Positions 45,645-54,794 of a stretch of 58,734 nucleotides of DNA are shown here, piece after piece. Under the pieces are notes generated by a model. The model was not told where the DNA came from, did no database searches, and saw only the letters and a list, made by a program, of their open reading frames with translations. The DNA lies in the NCBI GenBank assembly GCA_050486505.1, contig JBJHDK010000008.1, positions 1-58,734 of the forward strand. The letters run 5' to 3'. Origin of the DNA: Fibrobacteria bacterium (GTDB lineage Bacteria > Fibrobacterota > Fibrobacteria > UBA11236). Both the position numbers and the translations under genes were made by a program. Numbering within the stretch: position 1 is the stretch's first letter; each line of letters begins with the position of its first letter.

Positions 45645-46652
45645 ATGGACATCAACACATTAAGGGTTGAACACCCGGAATCACAGGCGAACCGGGATGG
45701 AAGTGGTCCGCTCGCGGTGGCCGGTTCTCGTGGCATTCACGGAACCACCAAGGTTCGGCCCCGCGCATTTTCGGGCGGAAGGCTCGTCCGGGGCCTGCTC
45801 GTTGTTCTGGTTCTGCTTTTGTCATCGGCTTGCTCCCGCAACAGAACAGCCGTCGGGCCCGAGGATGATGCCCGCCTCGTTCTGGGTGTGCAGCTCGAGA
45901 ACGTGAACCTTCGCGCGGGTGAAGGTGCGGGGCTCGGCAAGTCCTCGGAAATCATTTTGCAGCACTTGATTCTGACGTTGACCTCGAGCGTGGAATCCGA
46001 TCCGGTGATCCGCGACACGATCCTTGCGGGGGCGGAAGGCTTCTCGCCCAACGCCATGATGCCGCAACAGGTTTCGGCGAGTTACAACGTCAGAGCTTTG
46101 CGCAGCTGGACGATCGATGTCCAGACCCGTGACATCAACGATTCCCTCATTCATTTCGCAACGACGACTGTCGGGAACCTCGGCCTGGGCGAGACCCGCG
46201 GGGTTCTCCTGAACCTTGCATCGCGCTTCGCGGTTTACTCGGCGGGCTTCGTGCTGCCCGACAGCATCGGCTCGGTGACGGGAGAGTTCCGGGAGCAGCT
46301 CAAGGTCAACCGCTTCGTCATCGTTGTGGATGGGGATACCGTGCGGGATACCACGCGTCCGGCACAGCAATACTTTGCTCCCGCCCCCGCGCGGCATGTC
46401 GTGGACTACAACTACGCGCGCGTCGATGCGAGCCACACCGTGGCGCTTTACGTCTACGGGGACCTCAACGACTGGCCGGCAGGCTTACCCCTGTACAGCG
46501 GTGCGTTCGTCATTTCTTCTCCCGATTCCAGCTACACGCCCGTGCTGGCCTGGACAGGCCCGAGCACGGGAATGCCCGGCCTCGAGGTCACTCTTGGCGC
46601 CGTCAACGTCGTGAACATCGAGCCGGTGGTTCCGGTAAATCCTTTGCCCTGA
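45645..46652 (+). CDS. Lipoprotein, paralog P1 of a putative pilin family (start uncertain)
   Basis: Lipobox LSSAC; GLGKS; VRALRSWTI; LPDSI; LAWTGPSTG; C-terminal LEVTLGAVNVVNIEPVVP. Confidence 0.75.
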   Translation: MDINTLRVEHPESQANRDGSGPLAVAGSRGIHGTTKVRPRAFSGGRLVRGLLVVLVLLLSSACSRNRTAVGPEDDARLVLGVQLENVNLRAGEGAGLGKSSEIILQHLILTLTSSVESDPVIRDTILAGAEGFSPNAMMPQQVSASYNVRALRSWTIDVQTRDINDSLIHFATTTVGNLGLGETRGVLLNLASRFAVYSAGFVLPDSIGSVTGEFREQLKVNRFVIVVDGDTVRDTTRPAQQYFAPAPARHVVDYNYARVDASHTVALYVYGDLNDWPAGLPLYSGAFVISSPDSSYTPVLAWTGPSTGMPGLEVTLGAVNVVNIEPVVPVNPLP

Positions 46653-46711
46653 CCTCAAGTTTCATCAACAGCAGAACACCTCACAATCAATCACCACCCT
46701 TAGGAGTCAAC

Positions 46712-47605
46712 ATGAAATCCCTCAACCTCTTAACCCTCGGGGCCTTGGCCCTGGGAACCGCAGTCCTGACGGGCTGCTTCTCCTCGGAGTCGAATCCTGC
46801 ATCATCGGTGCGCGACGACTTCGGTTCCGTCGTCATTCAGGCGCGCACCGGCAACGTGGACGCCCTGGGCAAGCCCGGCCTGGGCAAGGGTGCCGTGATC
46901 ACGCTCGACTCGCTGGTCATCACGGCCATCTCGAATGCCTCGACGCCCGATACCATCGTGGTGGGCCTGGCCGTCGGCGACAGCGGCTTCTCCGCCGATG
47001 CGACCGAGGACCAGAACATCGGCGTCGTGCTGAACCTGCGCGCCTTGCGCAGCTGGACGATCTCCGCCTACACCAAGGATGTGAACGACTCGGTGATCCA
47101 TGTCGGATCCCAGTCCGTCAACAATCTGCTGGCAGGCCAGACGCGCTTCGTGAACCTCTCGGCGAACCCCCTGTTCGCGATGTACAAGGCGAAGTTCAAC
47201 TTCCCCGACAGCATCTTCTCGCCGAGCGGTCTCTTCGGGCAGCAGGTGCAGCTGAGCCGCATCGAGCTGATCATCGACGGGGAACTCGTCGCGGATTCCA
47301 TCGGCACGTTCGATCCGGCCACCGACTACGAAATCTCGTACGATTACGTCTCCGTCGACGCGGACAGCGTGACCTTGCGGGTCCACGGCACCCTGGACGG
47401 TGCGGATGCCCCGTGGAATGCCGAAAACCTTCTCTACACCCGCACGCGTGCCATTGAGGATTTGAACCCGACCGCGGTGACTCAGGTCGCCCTGAACTGG
47501 ACAGGTCCCACGGGCGGCGTTTCGAGCCTCACGGTGAACATCGGCAAGGTCGGCACCTTCGAAATCGAAGGCCAGACGCCCGACACCGTCCTGGCCAAGC
47601 GCTGA
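46712..47605 (+). CDS. Lipoprotein, paralog P2 (candidate major subunit)
   Basis: Strong RBS TAGGAG; lipobox LTGC; GLGKG; LRALRSWTI; FPDSI; LNWTGPTGG; C-terminal LTVNIGKVGTFEIEGQTP. Confidence 0.8.
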   Translation: MKSLNLLTLGALALGTAVLTGCFSSESNPASSVRDDFGSVVIQARTGNVDALGKPGLGKGAVITLDSLVITAISNASTPDTIVVGLAVGDSGFSADATEDQNIGVVLNLRALRSWTISAYTKDVNDSVIHVGSQSVNNLLAGQTRFVNLSANPLFAMYKAKFNFPDSIFSPSGLFGQQVQLSRIELIIDGELVADSIGTFDPATDYEISYDYVSVDADSVTLRVHGTLDGADAPWNAENLLYTRTRAIEDLNPTAVTQVALNWTGPTGGVSSLTVNIGKVGTFEIEGQTPDTVLAKR

Positions 47606-47631
47606 GACGAGGTTTCGCGCAATCCCGACCG

Positions 47632-47671
47632 GATGCATACGGGGAATCCCTGCGATTCTCCGTACAGCATC
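47632..47671 (+). other. Intergenic stem-loop after P2
   Basis: TACGGGGAATC (47638-47648) pairs with GATTCTCCGTA (47654-47664), extended by GATGC/GCATC; no U tract. Confidence 0.65.
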
Positions 47672-47742
47672 GAGCACTTCCAGAGCTGCCACGCATGTCG
47701 CTATGACCTGAAGTTCGAACACGGAATCAAGACAAGGAACCC

Positions 47743-48645
47743 ATGAGACGCAGCACTCCGCAGAACCTCCCGAGAAATGCACGGGCATGGCTCGTCCTGG
47801 CGACGGCCTCGGTGCTGCTTTCGGGCTGTCTCTCCGCGGGGCAGGTCGCGGGGCCGAAGCCCCCAGCGGATGCCGACGACATCGTCCTCAATCTCCGCAT
47901 GGGTGTCGGCAGCGTGGCGACCCTGAATAAATCCGCAGTGATTTCGCTCGACAGAATGGTCGTGGTGATGTCCTCGAGCGCCAACGACACCATCCGGGAT
48001 ACCATCACCACCACGACGACACCGGCCTTGAGTCCCGTCTCCACAACGGGCCAAACCATCCAGAAGAACTACGACCTGAAAGCGCTGCGCTCCTGGAAAA
48101 TCACGGTGACATCCTTCGATGTTCTCGACAGCATCATCCACCGCGACTCCGCGACGATCCCGGTGCTTTACGCAGGAGACTCCGTCGGCGTGAACCTGAA
48201 TCTTTCGTCGCGGTTCGCCATGTACGAAGCGAGGTTCCTGTCGCTGCCCGACAGCATCCAGTCGGCGACCCCGGGGCAACCCAAGCAGGAACTGTGCATC
48301 GACCGCCTCGTGCTCGAAATCGACTCAACCCCCGTCAGGGATTCGACCTCGTCCGGCCCCTGTTTTGCTGCCCTGACGACGCATGTGCTGTCGTATGATT
48401 ACGTCGAAACGGGGACGCGCCAGGTCAGGTTGCTGGCATACGGGCCGATGAACCACTGGGATGTCGCCTTGCCCTTGTTCGATGGATCCACGAACGTGAA
48501 TGTCGGCGCCGGCGCCGATTCGACGGTCGCCCTCAACCTGGCGTGGGTCGGTCCCACGACGGGAAGCGGCAACCTCGAGGTCCAGTTGGGGCGCGTCGGA
48601 AAGGTCACGGTCAACGGGACGCTCCCGGGAACCGTGATGCCCTGA
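47743..48645 (+). CDS. Lipoprotein, paralog P3
   Basis: Lipobox LSGC; TLNKS; LKALRSWKI; LPDSI; LAWVGPTTG; C-terminal LEVQLGRVGKVTVNGTLPG. Confidence 0.8.
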   Translation: MRRSTPQNLPRNARAWLVLATASVLLSGCLSAGQVAGPKPPADADDIVLNLRMGVGSVATLNKSAVISLDRMVVVMSSSANDTIRDTITTTTTPALSPVSTTGQTIQKNYDLKALRSWKITVTSFDVLDSIIHRDSATIPVLYAGDSVGVNLNLSSRFAMYEARFLSLPDSIQSATPGQPKQELCIDRLVLEIDSTPVRDSTSSGPCFAALTTHVLSYDYVETGTRQVRLLAYGPMNHWDVALPLFDGSTNVNVGAGADSTVALNLAWVGPTTGSGNLEVQLGRVGKVTVNGTLPGTVMP

Positions 48646-48646
48646 G

Positions 48647-51600
48647 ATGAAGACGCCTGTCCCCACACGCGCGTGTCGGCGGGTGTTTCCGGCCTGGGCG
48701 CCCGCGCTTGTGGCTGCATTGTTCCTCACGTCGTGCCTGCTGGATTCCCGCGGCGATCAGCGTGCGCGTCCGGGGGCCGGGGAAACCGGAAACGTGGTTC
48801 TCAATCTCGGGCTGGAGCGGAGCCGCGACATCGTCCTCTCCAAGTCCGCGGCGGATACGACCTTCGAGCTCGACTCACTCATCATCGTGCTGACTGCTCC
48901 CGGAGCCGACACTCTGGTTCATCGCTATCCCTTTGCGGGGCGGCCCGACACCGGCAACATCGTGCTCGCCGACCCGCTCGAATTCGAGCTCGATGCCTTG
49001 CGCAACTGGAAGGCGCGCATCTATTCCATCGACATCAGGGAGTCCCCGTTCCGCCGCGACACCGTGCATCTCGATTCCGTAACCTTCGGCGTGCTTCCGA
49101 CCGACACGACCTTCGTTTCGAAAACGGTTTCTCCCGCGTTTTCCATTCTCCGCGTCCGCTTCCTTTCTTCCCAGGCCGATTCGATCCCCAACAACGTGCT
49201 CTACCTGCGGCTGCGCGTCGATGGCGAAACGCGCGACTCCGTGGTGCTCGGCGGCAAGAACGCAAGCCTGAACTGGCTGCAGACCTTGCCCGGGAGCACC
49301 ATCTTCGCCGCGGGGGATTCCGGCCGCATCCTCAAGTCGGTCAGCGACGCCCAGACCAATGATTCGTCAAGCTGGGTCGAGACCGTCGTGTCCACGAACC
49401 CCCTCGTGGGGGGCTACTTCGTCGACGCGAACAACGGGTACGTGGTTTCCGTGACGGGGCAAACCTATGTGACCACCAACGGGGGGAACTCTTGGGTGAC
49501 ACGTGCGACCACGGCGGACTCCCTGAGCGGGGTTTACTTCACGGGCACGACCACGGGCTTCGCGATCGGCCGCAACGGCAGTATCTACAAGACGGCGAAC
49601 AGCGCCAACGGCTGGCATACCTTGGTGAGCAACACCACGCAGCACCTCAACGGCATCAGCTTCCCGAGCGCCGACGTTGGGTATGTCGTGGGAGAGAACG
49701 AGACCATTCTGAAGACCGAGAACGGTTCCGCGCCGGGAGGCAGCGCGCCGGAGTGGGGGGGGGTCATCTGGTCCCCCATTGCGGGGGGATGGTTCCCGCA
49801 GACGAGCGGAACCACGGTGCGCGTTTCCGACATCCATTTCGTCGATTCCCTGTGGGGATGGGTGGTCGGCGAGGGCGGCTATGTGCGGCGAACGGTTAAC
49901 GGAGGTGCCACGTGGCTCGACCGCAGCGGGTTGAACGTTTCCAGCCCCAATGCCATTTGGTTCAGCGACTCGACGAAAGGGTACGCGGTGGGGGCCAACG
50001 GAACCATGAGTCAGTACAGCAGCGAGTGGCACTGGGCCGACCGCAGTGCAAGCAACGGCACGAGCGAACACCTCTACGACGTTCAATTCGTCGGGGTGGA
50101 TACAGGATATGTCGTGGGGGCCAATGGAACATTGTTGCGTACGATCAACGGCAGTAACACTGCCTGGCCGGGCGCGAGCTGGGCACAGCAATTTCTTCCT
50201 GGGTCGAATGACCTGGCCTGGTTCGTCAAAACCTCCGGAACGACGAACGCATTCAACGCCCTGCGTTTCGCGACGGCAACCACCGGCTGGGCCGTCGGCG
50301 CCTCGGGCGTCATCCGCCGCACCACCGATGCCGGCGAAACCTGGACGACGCAATCGGGCGGCACATCGACCTTTCATGCCGTGCATGCCCGCACCGCCTC
50401 GGAGGCGTATGCCGTGGGGGTTTCGGGAACGCTGCGCCGCACCACCGACGGCGGCACCAACTGGGTGTCCGTTCCCACTGGGGTCACGACCGAACTGCGC
50501 GGCGTGGCCGCGAACTCGGGGACCGTGGGCTGGGTGGTGGGCGCCTCCAATGTGATTCGCAGCACCAATAGCCTGAACAACGCGACCCCGACCTGGACTG
50601 ACCGCAATGTCGGAACCGGGGATTACAACGCGATCAACATCACCGGCGGGCGTGTCTGGGTGGTGGGCAGCAACGGGCAGGTGCGCCGCACGGGCAACCT
50701 GAATCACAACTCGGGCTTTTCCCAGGTCGGGAATGCCAACCTTGGAACGACGAATCTGAGGGGCGTGTACTTCCTCCCCAGCACCAACGCCACCGGATGG
50801 GTCGTCGGCGACGGCGGTTTCATCGCCCGCACGACCAACGGGACGGCCGGCAATGCCAACAACGTCACGTGGACGGTTCAGTCCGCGCCGACCACCGAGA
50901 ACCTGACGGACGTGTATTTCGTGGACGCCAACATCGGCTATGTCACCGGCGCCTCCGGTACGATTCTCAAGACAACGAACGGCGGAACGTCCTGGACGCT
51001 TCTCTCTTCCGGCACTTCGCAAGCGCTTTCCGGCGTGCATGCGATCAGCTCCGACGCGGTCCTCGTCGCCGGAGGCAACGGCGTCATCCTGAAAACCACG
51101 ATCGGCGGCACGGTGCCGGCGAACGTCAACCACCTGCGCTCCGTTTCCATGGTCGGGTTGACTACGGCATATGTCGCCGGCGCGAACGGTACGATCGGCA
51201 AGACCGTGAATGCCGGAGGCGCCTGGACGTTGCAGGCTAGCGGCACCACACAGACCCTGAACGGCATCAGCTTCGTGAACGCGAACGTCGGCTGGGCTGT
51301 CGGCAATACCGGAACCATTCTGAAAACCGTGAACGGGGGGGGCACGTGGTCGTCCCAAACCAGTGGCACGACCCAGCATCTTCTCTCCGTGCGGGCGATC
51401 TCCGCCGACGTCGCTTACGCTTCGGGAAACTCCGGCGTCGTCCTCAAAACCGTCGACGGCGGCGCCACCTGGTACCAGCAGGAAACCCCCGTCACCCAGA
51501 ACCTGGGGCGAGTGCACTTCCAGAGCGCCGGCAACGGATTCGTCGTGGGTGAAGACGGGACCATCCTCAAGGCGGGCAACGGAGGTGACAACTGGACGGG

Positions 51601-52198
51601 GGGAGGAATCAAACGCTCCCTCAAGGGGGTTCACTTCGCCAACCCCGACACGGGGTGGATCGTCGGGGCGGATGGCGTCATCCTGAACACCCGTGACGGG
51701 GGCAACAGTTGGACGCTGCAGCACCAGGAAGACGGCCTGACCTTATACGGGATTTATTTCGCGAATGCCTCGACCGGCTGGGCTTCCGGCGAAAACGGCC
51801 GTGTCCTCAAAACCGTGAACGGCGGTAACACCTGGGTTCCCCAGGCCAGCGGTACCGACGTGACCTTGCGTTGGATCCACTTCCGCGACGCCAACCGGGG
51901 ATTCATCATCGGGGGGACCGAATCCATCCTCGAAACTTCGGACGGGGGCTCCGACTGGTCGGGCCTCTTCGTCGGGGTTCCCGGTCAACGCACTTTCGAT
52001 CGTACCCTGTCGTGGAAATACCTGAAGCCGAACCAGTCGAACCAGGTGATTCTCGAGGCGGTCGACCGCTTCAGCCAGCCGATGCGCGGGTATCAATCCG
52101 TCATTAACCTCACGGTCGGGGCTGGGCAGGATTCCACGCTGGTTTCGCCCATGACGCGTTGCGGCTACGACCCGCCCAACGACAACTGCCTCCCGTAG
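48647..52198 (+). CDS. Large lipoprotein P4: same scaffold with ~900 aa of BNR/Ycf48-like propeller repeats inserted (candidate tip adhesin)
   Basis: Lipobox LTSC; VLSKS; LDALRNWK; many GWxVGxxGxIxxTxxGGxxW repeats; scaffold resumes at LSWKY...VGAGQDST. Confidence 0.8.
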   Translation: MKTPVPTRACRRVFPAWAPALVAALFLTSCLLDSRGDQRARPGAGETGNVVLNLGLERSRDIVLSKSAADTTFELDSLIIVLTAPGADTLVHRYPFAGRPDTGNIVLADPLEFELDALRNWKARIYSIDIRESPFRRDTVHLDSVTFGVLPTDTTFVSKTVSPAFSILRVRFLSSQADSIPNNVLYLRLRVDGETRDSVVLGGKNASLNWLQTLPGSTIFAAGDSGRILKSVSDAQTNDSSSWVETVVSTNPLVGGYFVDANNGYVVSVTGQTYVTTNGGNSWVTRATTADSLSGVYFTGTTTGFAIGRNGSIYKTANSANGWHTLVSNTTQHLNGISFPSADVGYVVGENETILKTENGSAPGGSAPEWGGVIWSPIAGGWFPQTSGTTVRVSDIHFVDSLWGWVVGEGGYVRRTVNGGATWLDRSGLNVSSPNAIWFSDSTKGYAVGANGTMSQYSSEWHWADRSASNGTSEHLYDVQFVGVDTGYVVGANGTLLRTINGSNTAWPGASWAQQFLPGSNDLAWFVKTSGTTNAFNALRFATATTGWAVGASGVIRRTTDAGETWTTQSGGTSTFHAVHARTASEAYAVGVSGTLRRTTDGGTNWVSVPTGVTTELRGVAANSGTVGWVVGASNVIRSTNSLNNATPTWTDRNVGTGDYNAINITGGRVWVVGSNGQVRRTGNLNHNSGFSQVGNANLGTTNLRGVYFLPSTNATGWVVGDGGFIARTTNGTAGNANNVTWTVQSAPTTENLTDVYFVDANIGYVTGASGTILKTTNGGTSWTLLSSGTSQALSGVHAISSDAVLVAGGNGVILKTTIGGTVPANVNHLRSVSMVGLTTAYVAGANGTIGKTVNAGGAWTLQASGTTQTLNGISFVNANVGWAVGNTGTILKTVNGGGTWSSQTSGTTQHLLSVRAISADVAYASGNSGVVLKTVDGGATWYQQETPVTQNLGRVHFQSAGNGFVVGEDGTILKAGNGGDNWTGGGIKRSLKGVHFANPDTGWIVGADGVILNTRDGGNSWTLQHQEDGLTLYGIYFANASTGWASGENGRVLKTVNGGNTWVPQASGTDVTLRWIHFRDANRGFIIGGTESILETSDGGSDWSGLFVGVPGQRTFDRTLSWKYLKPNQSNQVILEAVDRFSQPMRGYQSVINLTVGAGQDSTLVSPMTRCGYDPPNDNCLP

Positions 52199-52213
52199 GC
52201 CGGATCCGGCGGA

Positions 52214-52471
52214 TCAGCCGTCGATCAGACCGGGAAGCTTCACTTCGATCGTGACGCTCTCAACCGCCTGCAGCGTCATGGAGAGGGAATCGCTTTCCGG
52301 AGCGGCTGCGGTTTCCTTGGCTCTCACGTCCACGAACTCCACGGCTCCTGCGGATCCGCCGGAATGCGCGGGCGAGACCTCTTCGACGGGAGAAAGCAGG
52401 CAGCCGGTCATCCACGCCGTGACCACCACGAAGCCGATCGACTTGAAGATGTTGGTGCTGCGGGGGAACAT
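52214..52471 (-). CDS. Small lipoprotein P5 ending in the conserved P1-P3 C-terminal strand
   Basis: Lipobox MTGC; GGAG RBS; C-terminal SLSMTLQAVESVTIEVKLPG. Confidence 0.7.
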   Translation of the reverse strand: MFPRSTNIFKSIGFVVVTAWMTGCLLSPVEEVSPAHSGGSAGAVEFVDVRAKETAAAPESDSLSMTLQAVESVTIEVKLPGLIDG

Positions 52472-52508
52472 GGCGGCGCTCCGGGAATGGGGTCTGCCAA
52501 ACCCAGAC

Positions 52509-52523
52509 GCGAAGCCCGTGCCA
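52509..52523 (-). promoter_or_regulatory. Candidate sigma-54 (-24/-12) promoter for P5
   Basis: Minus strand TGGCACGGGCTTCGC has exact GG-N10-GC spacing, ~40 nt upstream of the P5 ATG. Confidence 0.5.
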
Positions 52524-52646
52524 CGGAGAAAAACAACGAATTTTGTCTGATTTCGCAGATGCTGTCGTCAGCGACAGGCCATTCTGGCAGCTTGGCGAGA
52601 GAGGGGCTGCCGTTTCGGCAGAGAGCAGGGGGCACTTTCGTCGGAA

Positions 52647-54110
52647 TCAATCCGCCAGTGCCGCAAGCCCGCTCAACGGAATCTCGACCCAGTCGGGCCG
52701 GTTGTTCAGCTCGTAGAGCAGCTCGTACACCGCTTTTTCAAGCACGAACAGGTCCAGCACCGCGTCGCGGGTTTTCGTGTCGACGGGCCTGCCCGCCGGC
52801 TGTGCGGCGGGGAAGTACCCGGACAGAAACATTTCGCACAGCGCCTCCGCAACCCGGCCAGCATCCCCCGGTCGCCCGACCTCGCGCGCGGCCGTGTGCG
52901 CGGCATAATGGAACGAGCGGAGCATCCCCGCCGCGTCGCGCAGGGGAGACTGCTTGCGCCGTGCCTCCGTCAGCGGACGGCCCGGCTCGCCCTCGAAATC
53001 GAGAATGCGCACGTCATCCCCCGTCGCGAGAATCTGCCCGAGGTGCAAATCCCCGTGCGTGCGCATCTTGCGCCCCAAATCCCCGTCCGAGGTGAAATCG
53101 AGCAGGGCCTCGAGACGGCCGCGCGCGCGCGTCACCGTATCGGCCAACCGTTTTGCTTCCGGAGCAAGCTCGTTCAGACGCTGCTCCAGGATGGCCAAGG
53201 CGTCCTTCAATTGCGTGCGCACGCCGGTGCGCACGCGGTCGAGGTCGGTTTCCTCCAGCGGTTCCGGGGCGAAGTCGGGCACGTCGGCGCGTGAAGCGAG
53301 CGCGGCGTGCAGCTCTCCCGTGCGCGTCCCCAGCAACCGGATCCACGCGGCGAAGGAATCCGGCAGCGCTGCGTCCGCAGTTCCGAAGACTTTCGCGAGA
53401 CGCTTCAGCGCAGCTTCCCAGGCATCCCCGTCCGCCGCCACGAAGTCCACCATCAGGGCGACGGTGACCGGTGTCGATGCGCCCGATTGCTCCCACTCCA
53501 GCGCGGAGGCGAATTCGGGAACGTGGCGGTAGTCCGTATGCTCACGCAGAAAACGCAGTACCTCAGGTTCGGGATTGATGCCGTCGTCGAGCTTGCGGTA
53601 GAGCTTGGCGAAGTGTCCGGATTCATACCGGATGGAGGTGTTGCTTTGCTCGGCACCCAGCACCTTCGATGCGTTGCCCGCGCCCGCGGGGAGCCCCCCG
53701 GCAACGGGCCGTCCGCGAAGAAGCCCCCCCTCCAACTTCGCCTCGCGTCTTCCGGACAACAGGTCGAAAAACGCGGCGCGAAACGTTGCGTCCCATGCGG
53801 CGTCGCACAGCACGCCTTCGCCTTCAGGCGTTTGCACTGTCCCGATTCTTGCGTTCTCCGGAAACGTGTTTCCGGCATCCGGCGAAACAAGGATCAGGGG
53901 GAGCGCGTAGCGTTCCGGTTCTCCGTCAGGGTACTCGGCGCGGATCACCGCGAGGGCGGGGGACTCCGCGGCATCACCCAGCGGGGCGATCGCCTCGATG
54001 GAGACCGATGCGATGGCACGCGCCTTGGAACGGAACCAGCGACAGCGGGGGAGGTAGTCCGGCAGCAGGGCCTCGGTGCGGCGACGCAGAGTGGAGTCGA
54101 GTGTCGTCAA
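52647..54110 (-). CDS. Maltokinase (Pep2/Mak)
   Basis: RWFRSKAR, AEQSNTS, HGDLHLGQIL, LDFEGEP, DAAGMLRSF, YELNNRPDW; TTG start overlapping the upstream stop. Confidence 0.88.
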   Translation of the reverse strand: MTTLDSTLRRRTEALLPDYLPRCRWFRSKARAIASVSIEAIAPLGDAAESPALAVIRAEYPDGEPERYALPLILVSPDAGNTFPENARIGTVQTPEGEGVLCDAAWDATFRAAFFDLLSGRREAKLEGGLLRGRPVAGGLPAGAGNASKVLGAEQSNTSIRYESGHFAKLYRKLDDGINPEPEVLRFLREHTDYRHVPEFASALEWEQSGASTPVTVALMVDFVAADGDAWEAALKRLAKVFGTADAALPDSFAAWIRLLGTRTGELHAALASRADVPDFAPEPLEETDLDRVRTGVRTQLKDALAILEQRLNELAPEAKRLADTVTRARGRLEALLDFTSDGDLGRKMRTHGDLHLGQILATGDDVRILDFEGEPGRPLTEARRKQSPLRDAAGMLRSFHYAAHTAAREVGRPGDAGRVAEALCEMFLSGYFPAAQPAGRPVDTKTRDAVLDLFVLEKAVYELLYELNNRPDWVEIPLSGLAALAD

Positions 54111-54694
54111 TGCGAGTGTCCGTGATGCGCATCGTGGTCGTGGCTCTCTCCGCCCGATGCGCCCGCTCCCGGTTCGATGAGAACGCGCTCGAGCTTGCCG
54201 CAGCGGAACATGCCCGAGCCGTGGTAGGGGTTTTCGAGTCCTTCCTTGGCCTGCAACCATTCCGCGGTATTCCGGCCGCGCACCATGGGGCAGCTGTACA
54301 CGTAGGCGGGCATGTCGCCGGCGTTTTCGGCCTCGGTCATCAAGGTGATCATCCGCTTGCTGAAACTTTCGAAGGCGTGACGGTAGGCCTTGATGTCCTT
54401 CGCTGCGTTCAGGGTACGCAGGTCGGCCAGCAGGTCGGCGGTCTTGACGTTATGGCTGAGTTCCGTCGGGAATTTGTGGGGGGCGCGCACGAAGTCGCGG
54501 GTGACCTTTTGGGCCTTTTCGAAGTCGTCCCGCGCCAGGGCGTGGTGGACGTCGAGGTAGGCGGTGTAGAGGGCGTTCAGCTCGGTGCGGCCGATTTCTC
54601 CGTGGGGTTCGTCGCCGTGGGCGAGGGCCGTTTGCGGGGCGATGAGGGCGAGAGTCAGGGCGAGGGTGAAAAGGGCTGAAATCGTGGTTTTCAT
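54107..54694 (-). CDS. DUF3347-family periplasmic metal-binding protein with a His-rich tail
   Basis: Signal peptide; YSCPM...WLQ...NPYHG.GMFRCG; SHDHDAHHGHSH tail. Confidence 0.8.
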   Translation of the reverse strand: MKTTISALFTLALTLALIAPQTALAHGDEPHGEIGRTELNALYTAYLDVHHALARDDFEKAQKVTRDFVRAPHKFPTELSHNVKTADLLADLRTLNAAKDIKAYRHAFESFSKRMITLMTEAENAGDMPAYVYSCPMVRGRNTAEWLQAKEGLENPYHGSGMFRCGKLERVLIEPGAGASGGESHDHDAHHGHSH

Positions 54695-54794
54695 GGCGGG
54701 TTCCTTTTGTCGAACACCCTTCAATCTACAACGTGACGGCTGCGGATGTCCGGATGGTTTTCGTTCCCGATGTCGCGATTGTATATTCCCCCGC

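Noticed and set aside
49367..51724. 785-aa antisense ORF
   Set aside because: Shadow of P4 caused by high-GC codon bias; no motifs.
48647..52198. Photosystem II assembly factor Ycf48
   Set aside because: The repeats are generic Asp-box propeller blades; no photosynthesis genes nearby.
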